A stretch of 64,000 nucleotides of DNA from an uncultured Planctomycetota bacterium (GTDB taxonomy: Bacteria > Planctomycetota > Planctomycetia > Isosphaerales > Isosphaeraceae). Within the stretch, counting starts at the first letter, position 1. Each line of letters starts with the position of its first letter. The notes below the pieces were generated by a model, which saw only the letters and a list, made by a program, of their open reading frames with translations, did no database searches and had not been told where the DNA came from. Positions 49,801 to 60,056 of the stretch are shown here, in pieces. The stretch lies in the NCBI GenBank assembly GCA_963845755.1, contig CAWJTV010000042.1, positions 342,997 through 406,996 on the forward strand, read 5' to 3'. The translations under genes were made by a program, and so were the position numbers.

Positions 49801-50291
49801 CCGGGGGCCCGCGGGCCTACCACGTGGCCCGCGCCTGCACCCTGGCCCCCGACGCCGTCGAGGACGCGACGCTGCCCGGCCGCCTGGCCAAGGCGGAACT
49901 CGAGGCCAACGCCCGAGAGTTCTGGTCCCTGACCGAACAAGGGGCCCTGGCGTACCGGGCCGGCCAGTTCCCGCAGGCGGTGCCCTTGTTCGAGCAGAGC
50001 CTGCGGGCCGACCCCAAGTCGGGCCGTGCGGTGCTCAACTGGCTGTGGCTGGTCCTGGCCAATCAGCGCCTCGGGAAGGCCGAGGAGGCACTGCGATGGC
50101 TGGACAAGGCCCAGGCGTGGCTCGACCAGTACCGTGACGGGATGCCGGCCCGGGTCGAAATGGAGTTAGGGTTGCACTACCACAACTGGCTGGAATCGCT
50201 CGTCCTGCGCCGCGAGGCGGAAGTACTGATTCCGCCCACGAGTCCCCGAATTGGTCCGGAAATCCGGGGACGCGAGGCGCCACAGAAATGA
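46823..50291 (+). CDS. Ser/Thr protein kinase with TPR repeats (multiple frameshifts)
   Basis: [41 protein letters not shown]-like C-terminal half. Confidence 0.9.
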
Positions 50292-50524
50292 ACTCCGGCT
50301 GTCCCCCCCCGCACCCCAGCAATGGCTTCTCCGAGCCCTTACCCTGTTCCGACGCGACTCATTCGCCTGAACTCGGCGCTTACTGATCGAAGAACGGCAC
50401 GTTCCGGAAATCGGCAAGCTGCCGGCCGGCGTCTTGCATCCGTTGTCCATCCGAATGGGCGCGATGTTGAGAGGCCCCCAGACTCGCCAACTCGGCGGTC
50501 AGCAATCGCCTGAAGACGTTTCGG

Positions 50525-51286
50525 CTACTTGCCGATCACCGAGAGGGCTTTCTGGAGCGGCGCGGGTGAGATTTGGACCGCACCTTCGATTGGGCGGTTC
50601 ATCTCCAGGATCAGGTAGATTGCGCCAGCCATCGACACCGCACATACAAACAAGCAGCTCCACGTCGTCCGGTTGCGCGGGGCGAGTAAGCCGAGGCTGG
50701 CGAACAGCACCGTGAGCCAGAAGATCAACATCCCGAGGAAGACCGTTGGCAGTGTGGTCTGAGACTGCTCGATCATCAGCCAGCGCGAATGCACCAGCTC
50801 GCTGCAGGTCTGGAGGGAGTGCGACCGAATGGCGCGAACTGCGCCTCGTCCGGGGGCACGAGCTGCTCGATCATGTCCAGGACGTCATCCATGCCTGCCC
50901 CGTGCTCGACCGCAGCGAGGCTCGGCTTCAGACCCCGTCCGGTTGGCCACAGGCGCTCAATGCTGGTCGCGATCTCCTCACGCATCCGCTCTCGGATCGC
51001 CCTGGTCTCCGGCCCGTAACGCACGAGCGCGGTCGAGTAGGATGATCTTCGCGCCGATCTGGGTCACCCCGGAATTCGCCTGGTCGAACGACGATTTGGA
51101 CGAGCTGACCAGCAGGCCGATGACCAGCGCGACGAGTGTCGCGATCATGCCGGAGGCAGCCTTGACGACGTCCTTTGAATCGTCGCGAAGGTGGTGATCG
51201 GGCAGTCGGCTCCGAATTAGCGAACCGAGGACCGTGCCGGCGCACAGGCACGCCAGGGTGATCAGAGCAGTGAGCAGCGAATCCAT
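50525..51286 (-). CDS. DUF4239 / bestrophin-like membrane protein (frameshifted)
   Basis: LPDHHL..DSKDVVK...IATLVALVIGLLVSSSKSSFD; LIFWLTVLFASLGLLAPRN; LILEMNRP. Confidence 0.8.
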
Positions 51287-51685
51287 CAATCTCGTCTCCG
51301 GGTCGAGGACGGCGAGGCGGGGACCGGACCCCATCCCGGCCGGGCCTCGTCTGGGTAATGACTCCTCTTTACTTATGGCAAAGCCGGCGCTCAGGCTATC
51401 GTCCAACGCGACAACCATCCTCCCCGGGAAAGAGACCAGAGGTCGATATTCATTCATCAAGAACCGAAAAGAGGGCCGGGGCCCTGGGATTTCGCCGCCC
51501 CAACTGGTGCTCGCTTGGCCATACACAGGGGACGTGCAAATACGGGACGAGGAAGGCCGTTGTCGGAGAAGTCGATCAGAGTGGACTCCACGCGTTCGTC
51601 CCCGAGGTCCTGCACCCGGGACGAACTGCTGGAGGTCGCCGAGGACGGGAGCACGAGCCGCCGTTGCCCGAGACGAGGGTGAAGT

Positions 51686-51858
51686 CTAATTCGCGAACGT
51701 CTTTCGGCCCCTTGACGCTGGGTCTCACGTCGCTTCATCCGCATGCTGTTGTCCCCTCGATCCTTTCGGTCGAAGGTCAGCGGAACGTTTTACCCGCCGT
51801 CTTCCAGCGGGGTCGGGGCATTCCCGACAGGACCGGACCAACCTTTGCCACGGCGCAC
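51686..51858 (-). ncRNA. Group II intron 5' fragment (about 170 nt of domain I), copy 3
   Basis: Starts GTGCGCCGTGGCAAAGG on the minus strand; aligns with 57919-58062 and continues into 56977-57003. Confidence 0.8.
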
Positions 51859-51965
51859 CCATTCGTCGATCAGACCGAAGCGCGCGAGCAGGCTGCGGAT
51901 CAGGACATTTCTGGAGCACCCTCATTATGAACGCCTGGCCACAAGGCCGAGTCAGAGTGAGGTGC

Positions 51966-52495
51966 TTACGATCGTTTGCGCTTCGTCGACGTGCGGGCTT
52001 GAGGAACGGCCTCGGTCTTGCTCGGCTTCCCTCTTCCTGCCCCCGCCGCCGCACGGGCGGATTCCATGTATTCAATGTACTTCCGTGCCGGCACCCGGCG
52101 GATCGCCTCGCCGACCACATCGAGCGCCAGGTCGTCGAGTTTCTTGAACCGCACACACGACTTGCCCATGTTCAGCTTCTTTCCAGCCTTTGCCCACGCA
52201 TCTTCAAACCAGGACCGAAGCGCCTCATGGCCGTAGATGCACATGAGGTACACCGACATGTACCCCTTCTGAGACGCAAGGGCGGCGAATGGCAAGGGCT
52301 GTTTCGGGTCGCAGTGATACCCCGCCGGATACACCCGGTGCGGGACGTAGTATCCGATCATCCCGTACTGAACCCCTCTTCATACCCCTCGTCCAGATTG
52401 TCCAGAATCACCTTCCGCACCACCTCGATCGCCCTCCGCCGATCCTCCGGCAACGTCGCCAGGTACGCCTCCACAGTCGTCGCTGCACTTTTCAT
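51966..52495 (-). CDS. DUF1801 (YdhG-like) protein (frameshifted)
   Basis: ATTVEAYLATLPEDRR...MIGYYVPH...LASQKGYMSVYL...MGKSCVRFKKLDDL. Confidence 0.85.
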
Positions 52496-52745
52496 CGAGG
52501 TACTCCGCTTTGTACGTGGGTAGTCGGGACAGCGCTTTGTCCGTTTGTGAAGCCCGAAGTGGCCATGCGCGGCTCTCGGTCGCGAGATCCGCTCGCCGCA
52601 TTGTGGCCAACTCACGGCATTGACCATCGTAGCACGTTGGGACGGTCCGGATGTATCCGGCGTCACCTATGTCGCTTTGCAGCCGGATCGACCACGGACG
52701 CGGTGCCATGGAGAGGCTGCCTTGCGCGCTCCGGTCCGACGACAC

Positions 52746-52974
52746 GAATGGCACTAGCTTAAGCGTAACTCATTTTCAGAAAACGGGTTGCGGTTCGATG
52801 TTTTTCCCATCAATAGTACTCAGGAGGATATGAGGCTGGGTCCATGTGGCTTGATTTGAGGCTAAACTCTCTATCAATATTACAATCAAATATTTACAAT
52901 CGTTGAAGATCTGTCTGGCGAGCCACGCTTAAACTCCAATGGCATAAGCTGTTACGCTTAAGCTAGTGCCATTC
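52746..52974. mobile_element. IS4-type MITE (229 bp) with perfect 24-bp IRs and 12-bp target duplication
   Basis: GAATGGCACTAGCTTAAGCGTAAC ... GTTACGCTTAAGCTAGTGCCATTC; gtccgacgacac at 52734-52745 and 52975-52986. Confidence 0.9.
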
Positions 52975-53064
52975 GTCCGACGACACCGAAGCGCCAACGC
53001 CTGTGTCTGTTTACTGAAGAAGTTCGGCGAGCCGCGCGACCCCACCGAAGCTCCGGCAGGAGCG

Positions 53065-53352
53065 TCAGGCGCCGACTTCAGCCGGCGAGATGCCGGCCTG
53101 CCCGCAGGCCCGTCGCCACTCCTGCTCGCCGATGTCGTCGTCCGAGTAATCGGTGCGCGTCCGCTCGACGACGTCGTAGGTCGGCGCCTCGGAGCAACCC
53201 CAGTGGCCGCCGTCACGCAGCCGCGCGACCGCCGCCTCGGCTGACTCGCTCGTCGCATGGAACTGCCGCTCGTAGCCCCAGGCGCCGTGGTTGCTCCGGC
53301 CGTCGAGGCATCCGTCGCCGATCCGTGCCGCGATCTCGTAGAGCTTCACCAT
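53065..53352 (-). CDS. Small hypothetical protein
   Basis: Strong AGGAGG RBS, 95-aa ORF with GC-rich third codon positions; no family recognised. Confidence 0.6.
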   Translation of the reverse strand: MVKLYEIAARIGDGCLDGRSNHGAWGYERQFHATSESAEAAVARLRDGGHWGCSEAPTYDVVERTRTDYSDDDIGEQEWRRACGQAGISPAEVGA

Positions 53353-53865
53353 GATGGTCCTCCTGTTGCCGAGCCCGCGATTCCCTTAATGATCCGGGCG
53401 GGTTCTCCGGCAGTCAAGGCTGCCCCGACTCATCCCAACTCATTCCGCCTGACCGCCCCGAGGCACGATCGACGTCTGCCCGTTCACGAGTCGTGGGCGA
53501 CAAGCGTACAGAATTGCGTCGAGCCACGATATGACTTCGTAAGTGCGTCGGTCGGTCCGATCGAAGCACGCTAGGCGTCTGCGCGTTTGGTAGTGAAACG
53601 GGATGACGTAGGACAAAACCTGCGCCGGGCAACACAGGTCGGGTGATACAAAGGGACCCGCAAAGGCATGCCGAGGCGCTCCGGGACCAATAAGAGTCGA
53701 TCCACGCGGGTTCGTGTGCGTGGGGATCACTGTTGGTTGATGTCGACATCCGCAGTCGCGCCCGCCTCAGAAAGAGCCCGGCATACATGCTACAATACCA
53801 GGGCATGTAGCCGACAAATCGGCTTATCTTCTTTCAATTAAATCACAGCTTTGAGGGGACGATCC

Positions 53866-54960
53866 TCATTCGGGAAGGCGGTACTCCCGCACCTCTGCCG
53901 GCTGGTCTTGTCTCACCGGGACGCCGACATAAATGTTCCGCCGATCGACGGCCAGTGCTCCTGTCCGGCTGTGGGGCGGCAATGGTGAGCCGCCCAACCG
54001 AGAGGGACTGCCTGACCCGTCGATGGCGAACAGGTCGAGCGAGGCCCCGGCCCCGCCCGGGTCGCCCGAAGTCGGCAGTTCCCCGCCCCCGATCACGGCG
54101 ACCAATCCCGACTGGGCATCGAAGAACAGATCATCGGATTGGGGAGGACAGGGGGTTTCCCCGAGGATCGAACCATCGCGCATGCTCAGGCTCATGAGGA
54201 CGGCCGGCTTCCTCGCCACGATGAATAGGCGATCGTGGGATGGGTCCAACGACATCGGGAAGTTGCCCGCCCGACCGGTGAGCTTTCGCTCCCAGAGAAG
54301 TTCACCGGTCGAGCGTTTCAGCCCGAACACGGTGCCGTCTGCCGCCGACCGTTTGCCCGCCGGGACGTTGGCGAAAATCGCATCGTCGGACGGGTGAAGC
54401 TGAAAACCCTCCGGCATTCGCGGCAAGCTCAGCTTTAGACCGGGCTGCATGGTGTCGCCGTCGAAGCTGGCCAGGCCACCAGGCCCTTCGCCGCCGAAGC
54501 TCACCCAGATCTTGCCGTCGCGGGCGACCCGGACATTGTCGGCATCATCGCCGACCGCCGCCGATCTCGCGGACTTCGGAACGCCGGTCTCGAAACGGCT
54601 CACCCTGCCGTCGCCGCCGGTCGCGACATAGACGAAACCGCCAGCGACCGCGACACCCTGGGGTTCGGGAAGCTTGTCGATCGTCCCGATTTTTTTCCCG
54701 GCGTCGAGGTCGATCACCTCCAGCGAACCGTTCGCGACGCAGGCGATGAACAGCCTCTTCGTCGCGGGATCGTAGGCCATGTGATCGATCCGGCCCGTGA
54801 TTCCCGTCCGATCCGAAGGGCCGCGGACCCCATCCAGTGCGAAGGTGCGACTGAGCACCGGAGCGGAGACTTTCCCCTCCGGCTTGCTGGGAGCCGGAGG
54901 AGGCTGAGGGCTGGCACCCAGCAGTGCCGACAGGATGAGAAAGATGACGACGCGACCCAT
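53866..54960 (-). CDS. Secreted YncE-like beta-propeller protein
   Basis: Signal peptide MGRVVIFLILSALL; GRIDHMAYD, PQGV, DADNVR, PEGFQL, GNFPM, DDLFFD. Confidence 0.8.
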   Translation of the reverse strand: MGRVVIFLILSALLGASPQPPPAPSKPEGKVSAPVLSRTFALDGVRGPSDRTGITGRIDHMAYDPATKRLFIACVANGSLEVIDLDAGKKIGTIDKLPEPQGVAVAGGFVYVATGGDGRVSRFETGVPKSARSAAVGDDADNVRVARDGKIWVSFGGEGPGGLASFDGDTMQPGLKLSLPRMPEGFQLHPSDDAIFANVPAGKRSAADGTVFGLKRSTGELLWERKLTGRAGNFPMSLDPSHDRLFIVARKPAVLMSLSMRDGSILGETPCPPQSDDLFFDAQSGLVAVIGGGELPTSGDPGGAGASLDLFAIDGSGSPSRLGGSPLPPHSRTGALAVDRRNIYVGVPVRQDQPAEVREYRLPE

Positions 54961-54982
54961 CGAACCACCTCCCGCCTCGAGA

Positions 54983-56020
54983 TCAGTACGCATCTGAGGA
55001 CACCACTTCGCTGCCGGCAACCGTCCCCATGGCCCGCCAGACCATCCCGTTGATGGTACTCTTGACGAACCGCACGCTGCCATCGCCCAGCAGGGTGTTG
55101 ACGCCGGCGGGGTGATAACTGCGGGCATTGATCGCCGAGAAGGTCGGCCCGCCGTTCTCCTCGTTCTTGCCGTTGAGGTCCAGGTCCATGCCCGGATAGA
55201 ACGACCGGCCGATGATTGCCTTGTTCGGAGGCCAGGCCGTTGTGAACCCCGCCGCATGCACATGCCCGTCGGACCACTCGGTGTGGAACTCCGCCTGATT
55301 CTCAGTGACGCACACCCCGTTGTCGTATTCCGGCGCCACCTGAAACGGGTCGGCGTACGGGCTCGGGATGTTGTTCGGGTTGTTGACCGACGGCAGCGTG
55401 GTGAAGCGGCAGTTCGACGAGGTCTGATACGCCTTCACCTCGGCGGCGAACAACGTCTGGCTCAACCCGTCGGTGATCGCCGCCAGCCGCAGGCTCCGGT
55501 TGGGGCCGAACGCCTGGCGATTATACGGCCCGTTGAACCCACCCCAGACGAACCAGTCGCCCCCGCACACCCCGTAATTGATCACACCCGAGAGGCCATA
55601 ATCGTGCGAGGAAACCTGCGGCTTGATCTCGCTCGGGCAGATGAACGCGTTCACCGTCAACGAGATGACCGTGGAATTGGTGGGGTCCTCCTTGAAGACG
55701 CTGAGGTTCGCCGCGTTGAACAACGAGGTCCCCTCCATGTAGGGCAAGAGCCGGGCCTGGGCGCTCCAGCCGGTGTCGTAGTAGACCGTGTTGCTGGCCC
55801 CCAGCAGGGACATCGTCATGGGCAGCGCACCGGCGGCCGTCTCATAGTTATGCAAGGCCAGGCCGATCTGCTTCAGGTTGTTGGTGCACTGGATGCGGCG
55901 GGCGGCCTCGCGCGCCGCCTGAACCGCCGGTAGCAGCAGGGCGATCAGCAGGGCGATAATCGCGATCACCACCAGCAGCTCGATGAGCGTGAAGCCGCGA
56001 TGCGTTCCAGTCTTCGACAT
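54983..56020 (-). CDS. DUF1559 prepilin-type protein
   Basis: [43 protein letters not shown]. Confidence 0.95.
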   Translation of the reverse strand: MSKTGTHRGFTLIELLVVIAIIALLIALLLPAVQAAREAARRIQCTNNLKQIGLALHNYETAAGALPMTMSLLGASNTVYYDTGWSAQARLLPYMEGTSLFNAANLSVFKEDPTNSTVISLTVNAFICPSEIKPQVSSHDYGLSGVINYGVCGGDWFVWGGFNGPYNRQAFGPNRSLRLAAITDGLSQTLFAAEVKAYQTSSNCRFTTLPSVNNPNNIPSPYADPFQVAPEYDNGVCVTENQAEFHTEWSDGHVHAAGFTTAWPPNKAIIGRSFYPGMDLDLNGKNEENGGPTFSAINARSYHPAGVNTLLGDGSVRFVKSTINGMVWRAMGTVAGSEVVSSDAY

Positions 56021-56147
56021 GGGATCCTCTTTCTCACGACGAGGTAGACCCTTTCCCTGCGGGCTGGGACCGGCAGCTCGCACGGAGTTTAGCACTCCGT
56101 CCCGGGATCGTCGGCCCCGTACGTCGGGCGAACGGAGGCCGTTGACT

Positions 56148-56177
56148 AGCCTATTACGTTCGTCAGATAGATGTCAA
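56148..56177 (-). promoter_or_regulatory. Candidate sigma70 promoter for the DUF1559-YncE pair
   Basis: TTGACA-N18-TAGGCT on the minus strand, about 130 bp upstream of the start codon. Confidence 0.45.
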
Positions 56178-56244
56178 GCATCCTCCGATGGAATTCATTG
56201 CCGACGGGCTGCATGGGCAAAATTTCCAGACTACAATTATAGTT

Positions 56245-56742
56245 TCATTTGTTCAATATATATATGTCATCGTCACTGAGGCCCACCACCCGCCGCCCTT
56301 CGGCTTCCAGGCGGTCATGCGGCAGATTCACGACCGACCGAACGAATTCCGGCTTGAGCATGAACGTCAGCACACGGCCGGATTTTTCATCGCGGATCAC
56401 CGTCTTCATCGCTTCCGCCGTCGCTTCCTCGACGCGGAGGTTGAGCTTGCCCGGACTGGCCCCAGTCGCCGCCTGGACGCCATCGGCGATGCAGGAATAC
56501 TGCACCTGGGCCGGACAGCGATGGACGACCTGGAGCGTCAAGGCGTGCCTCGGCAAACCCAGCTCCTTCAACGCCCGCTCGCCCATGCGATAGCCGGCCA
56601 CCGCCCATGGGCCGGCCGCGCCGTGAATCTCTCGGACTCGGGCCAACCGCTCCGCCACCGCCGAGTCATCGCCGGCCCAGCCGGAACCGGCCAGTACGCT
56701 CGAAGCAAGCACCATCAACGCCAAGCCGCATCGCCGCACCAT
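56245..56742 (-). CDS. FmdE-family protein with signal peptide
   Basis: IHGAAGPWAVAGYRMG, QYSCIADGVQAATGASPGKLNL; GGAGGT RBS. Confidence 0.8.
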   Translation of the reverse strand: MVRRCGLALMVLASSVLAGSGWAGDDSAVAERLARVREIHGAAGPWAVAGYRMGERALKELGLPRHALTLQVVHRCPAQVQYSCIADGVQAATGASPGKLNLRVEEATAEAMKTVIRDEKSGRVLTFMLKPEFVRSVVNLPHDRLEAEGRRVVGLSDDDIYILNK

Positions 56743-56756
56743 GGGATGCCACCTCC

Positions 56757-58062
56757 TTAGGCGATCCCATGGTTGTCGGCCAGGTCCGGTCCACGTTTAG
56801 GGCCTTCGTTCATCCCTTGCCTCTGCTCACAGCAGGGTGTGTCCTGCCGGAAGATCACGGGGGCGAATGGCCTACCCCCGTGAGACAGGAATCCGGGTTT
56901 CACCGTCATTCCCGACGGTGATCGAACATCCCCCTGGGACTCAAGTTCCAGCAATCCAGCCTTAACCCTGCGTGACCTAACTCGCGACCGACTCTCGGCC
57001 CTAAGAGCGCTCGGAAAAAATGAATCCACTGGCACGCTGTCTGCTCTTGAGTCCTTCGGAGAGTGATCTCCCGAACCGAAGGAGGACCACCATGAAACCC
57101 CTTGTCTCCGATGCGCTGTGGAAGCGCCTGGAGCCCTTGCTGCCACCCCCGCCTCCGCGCCGCTTCCGCTTCCCGGGACGCAAACCCCTGGACTACCGCA
57201 AGATCCTCACCGGCATCTTGTTCGTGCTCAAGACCGGCATCGCCTGGGACGACTTGCCCGCCGACCTCGGCTGCGGCTGCGGCAAGACCTGCCGGTCCTA
57301 CCTGCAGGCGTGGCAGCAGGCCGGTGTCTGGCGCCAGTTGCACGCCGTCTTGCTGGCCGAGCTCAACGGCGCTGACGCGATCGACTGGGAGCGGGCCGCT
57401 GATCGACGCCTCCTTCGCCAAGGCCCCGGAAGGGGGCGAGGATACCGGCCCGAATCCGACGGACCGGAGCAAATCCGGCAGCAAGCACCACGTGATGACC
57501 GACGCCCAAGGCGTGCCGCTGGCGGCGACGGTGACCGCCGCCAACGTCCCCGAGATCACCCAGGTCTTCACGACGCTCGACGACATGCCGCCGGTGGGCG
57601 GCAAGCCGGGGCCGAAGCGGCAGAAGCCCGACCGCTTGCAGGGGGATCGGGGCTACGACTCGGAACCGGTGCGGCAGGGTTTGCGCAGGCCGGGGGACCA
57701 CGCCGGTGCTGGCGGCCCGCAATACGGAGCACGGCAGCGGTTTGGGCAAGTCCCGCTGGTACGTAGAGCGGACCATCGCGTGGCTGCACTCCTTCGGCCG
57801 GCTGCGCCGCCGTTTGGATCGGCTCACCGAGATTCAAGACGCGTTCCTCAAGTTAGCATGTTCCTTGATCTGTTTGAGGCTCCTGGGCCAGTGAACTCAT
57901 TTTTTCCGAGCATTGCTAGAGCATGGGCCTCACGTCGCTTCATCCGCATGCTGTTGTCCTCTCAATCCTTTCGGACGAAGGTCAGCGGATCGTTTGACCC
58001 GCCTTCTTCCAGCGGGGTCGGGCACTCCCGGCAAGACCAGACAAACCTTTGCCACGGCGCAC
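56757..58062 (-). ncRNA. Group II intron 5' fragment (about 390 nt, DI to about DII), copy 2, interrupted by IS5
   Basis: Starts GTGCG at 58062; 56757-56956 aligns with 62101-62301 of the RT-bearing intron; EBS1 loop at 56864-56871, EBS2 at 56920-56925. Confidence 0.85.
57004..57915 (+). mobile_element. IS5-family element; transposase 57092-57894 (frameshifted)
   Basis: IRs gctcggaaaaaatga.t.cactggc at both ends, CTA(A/G) flanks; GILFVLKTGIAW, IDAS, GDRGYDS, RWYVERTIAWL. Confidence 0.92.
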
Positions 58063-58208
58063 GCATTCGTCGATCCGACCGACACGCGCGACCAAGTGGC
58101 CTGTCGAAGACTCGCTCGCCGCAAGCGCTAAGGTCCGGGTTTGACCGAGTTCTGCCTGCGGGCCAAGGCTTTCTCGGTAATCCAGCGGTGCCGCCATGTC
58201 CACCGCGC

Positions 58209-59054
58209 TCACTTTTCGAGTTTCTCGCGTTTCGCCGCTTCGAGTTCCGCGGGATTCGAGGAACCGAACCCGACCGCCGCTGTGAACTCCGCGGCCGCTC
58301 GAGAAGGCGGGAACGTCGCGCCACACCTCACGCCCGTCGAGGCGCAGGTAGAGATCCATGTTCGAGAACCCAGCGACGGCATACTCCCAGCGATACCCCG
58401 CGCCCGACTTGCGGGCCTCGATGAGCAGGAGGAGTTCCGGGTCGGTCTGACTGGCAAAAAGCGAACAGCGCGCCGCCGCGTGAGATCGAGCGAGTCGGTC
58501 GTGTCGTAACGATGCAACGGCGTCGTCAGCAGCCGCAAGTGAGAGCGCACGTTCTTGCGGTCGACCAGGTCGGCGCTGAACCGTTCGGCAAGCCGGCGGG
58601 CTTGCCGGTCGCGCGCCCGACGGCGTGTCGGCGGGCACCGGGGCATTCGGGATCGGCTTCCATTCCAACCCCGGGGCGGTGGCGTTGAACAACACCCCAA
58701 TGGGCGATTCGGCCCGCAGCGGAGACGCGGACAGCGAATGCCACTCGTTGTTCAGGCTATAGCCTCCCGTCCCCTCTCAAACAAGAAGACGTCACAAATC
58801 GCCGCCGGTCGCCCCGAGGGCTCAACCCATAGGAAGACCGAGCCCTTCGAGCTCCCTTGGACATCCTGGGCCCGATGCAACACCGGTTCCTTGAGCGGAG
58901 CAAACGGATGATCGGGATCGGCCGTCGCGTACACTTTCGCTGCCATCACGTGCCGCTTGGCGATCACGGCCCAAGGGCGAGTCTTGACGTCCTTTTCTTG
59001 CGTCTGGGCCTGTCCGGCGATGACCAGCCCGACCGTCAAGCAAATGCCGAGCAT
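58209..59054 (-). CDS. Secreted planctomycete-type conserved hypothetical protein (frameshifted)
   Basis: Signal peptide; EPVL, GSVFLW..GRPAAI, EWHSLS, PG.EWKPIP.AP.PA, LRLLTTPL.RY, TDPELLLLIEAR. Confidence 0.7.
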
Positions 59055-59615
59055 CACGGCCTCAGTCTGGTGCGTTTTTCGGGGGGTCGAGAGACGCCGT
59101 GGCTTCGCCTGCGAGCAGTTCGCCAGCCAGCCAAAACGCATTGTCTTGTGCAGCGGGAGCGGCTGTCAAGAAGATTGCAGCGCCGATCGTGGCATGTCTT
59201 GAGCGCCGATCGCACTCTCGTCCGAGGCGGATAAATTGACGGAAGTCAGGGTGGGTCCGGCGGCGATTCTCCCTGCGGCCTATCGTCAGGGCGGTTCGTC
59301 CAGGAACAACGAGCCAGACCAGGCTCGCGCCGACGACAACAGCAGCGACCAGGGACGGCTCGGCGCCGTGCGACAGGGGCCGATCGGCACCGCGAGCCCG
59401 ACCACCTTTTTCCAGGTCATCAGCGCTCTCTCACAAGACCCGGCGGGACAGGGAACTCGACCGCTTGCGCGTCCTTCGATGGCCACGCACGCGGCTCTTT
59501 TGAGCGCTGGAACGCGCCCTCACCAGACAGAGCAAGCCCGCCCAATCGGCTGCGCGTGTCGGCCTGCCAGACCGGTACGCGTTCACACCTCGGTCAACAA
59601 TTGTCCGAGATTATC

Positions 59616-59920
59616 ACTCGTTCCCACTCTCCGCGAGGGAATGCCGTCTGCGACGCTCCGCGTCGTCTTGGTCTTTGATTTCCAGCGACCCGTCGGTTGT
59701 CATCGAAACCCAGGACTCCCTCTCGGCAGGGTTGCGGGCGCCGGAGAATCTCCCAGGGGTCGGATCGAAGAGGAGTCCCGCTCCACCGGGTTCTTGGGAG
59801 ATGTCGCTCAACTTCTGGCTCATCATCGCGTCGGTCTCAAGGATTCTCGAAGGTCTGACTTCGAAGATGACAACGCCGAGCGTCGCAGACGGCATTCCCT
59901 CGCGGAGAGTGGGAAGGAGT
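59616..59920. repeat. REP/REPIN-like pair of about 52-bp inverted repeats
   Basis: actcgttcccactctccgcgagggaatgccgtctgcgacgctccgcgtcgtc pairs with gacaacgccgagcgtcgcagacggcattccctcgcggagagtgggaaggagt. Confidence 0.8.
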
Positions 59921-60056
59921 CATCGCGTTCCGACGGGGTAATCGGCGGTCCCGCTGCCGAATGTCGCATGGGCTAGCATTGATCTTGCCTGATGCCTAAA
60001 AAACAGGCGTCTTACAACTGTCGACCAGGGTGTGAACCGGTACGTCGAAGCTAGTG

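Noticed and set aside
51470..51685. Possible 3' end making copy 3 a complete ORF-less mini-intron (GGGGCGGCGAAATCCCAGGGCCCCGGCC looks DVI-like)
   Set aside because: I found no recognisable DV hairpin with an AGC/CGC triad, and no CACTAG 3' exon follows. An Rfam scan would be needed.
56020..56245. Fluoride, Moco or NiCo riboswitch upstream of the DUF1559 gene
   Set aside because: Hairpins are present but the consensus motifs are not matched.
1550..59054. Mass pseudogenisation or widespread programmed frameshifting
   Set aside because: Catalytic motifs are intact and the breaks are single-base indels without stop codons, so sequencing error is more likely. The IS630 A-tract is the exception.
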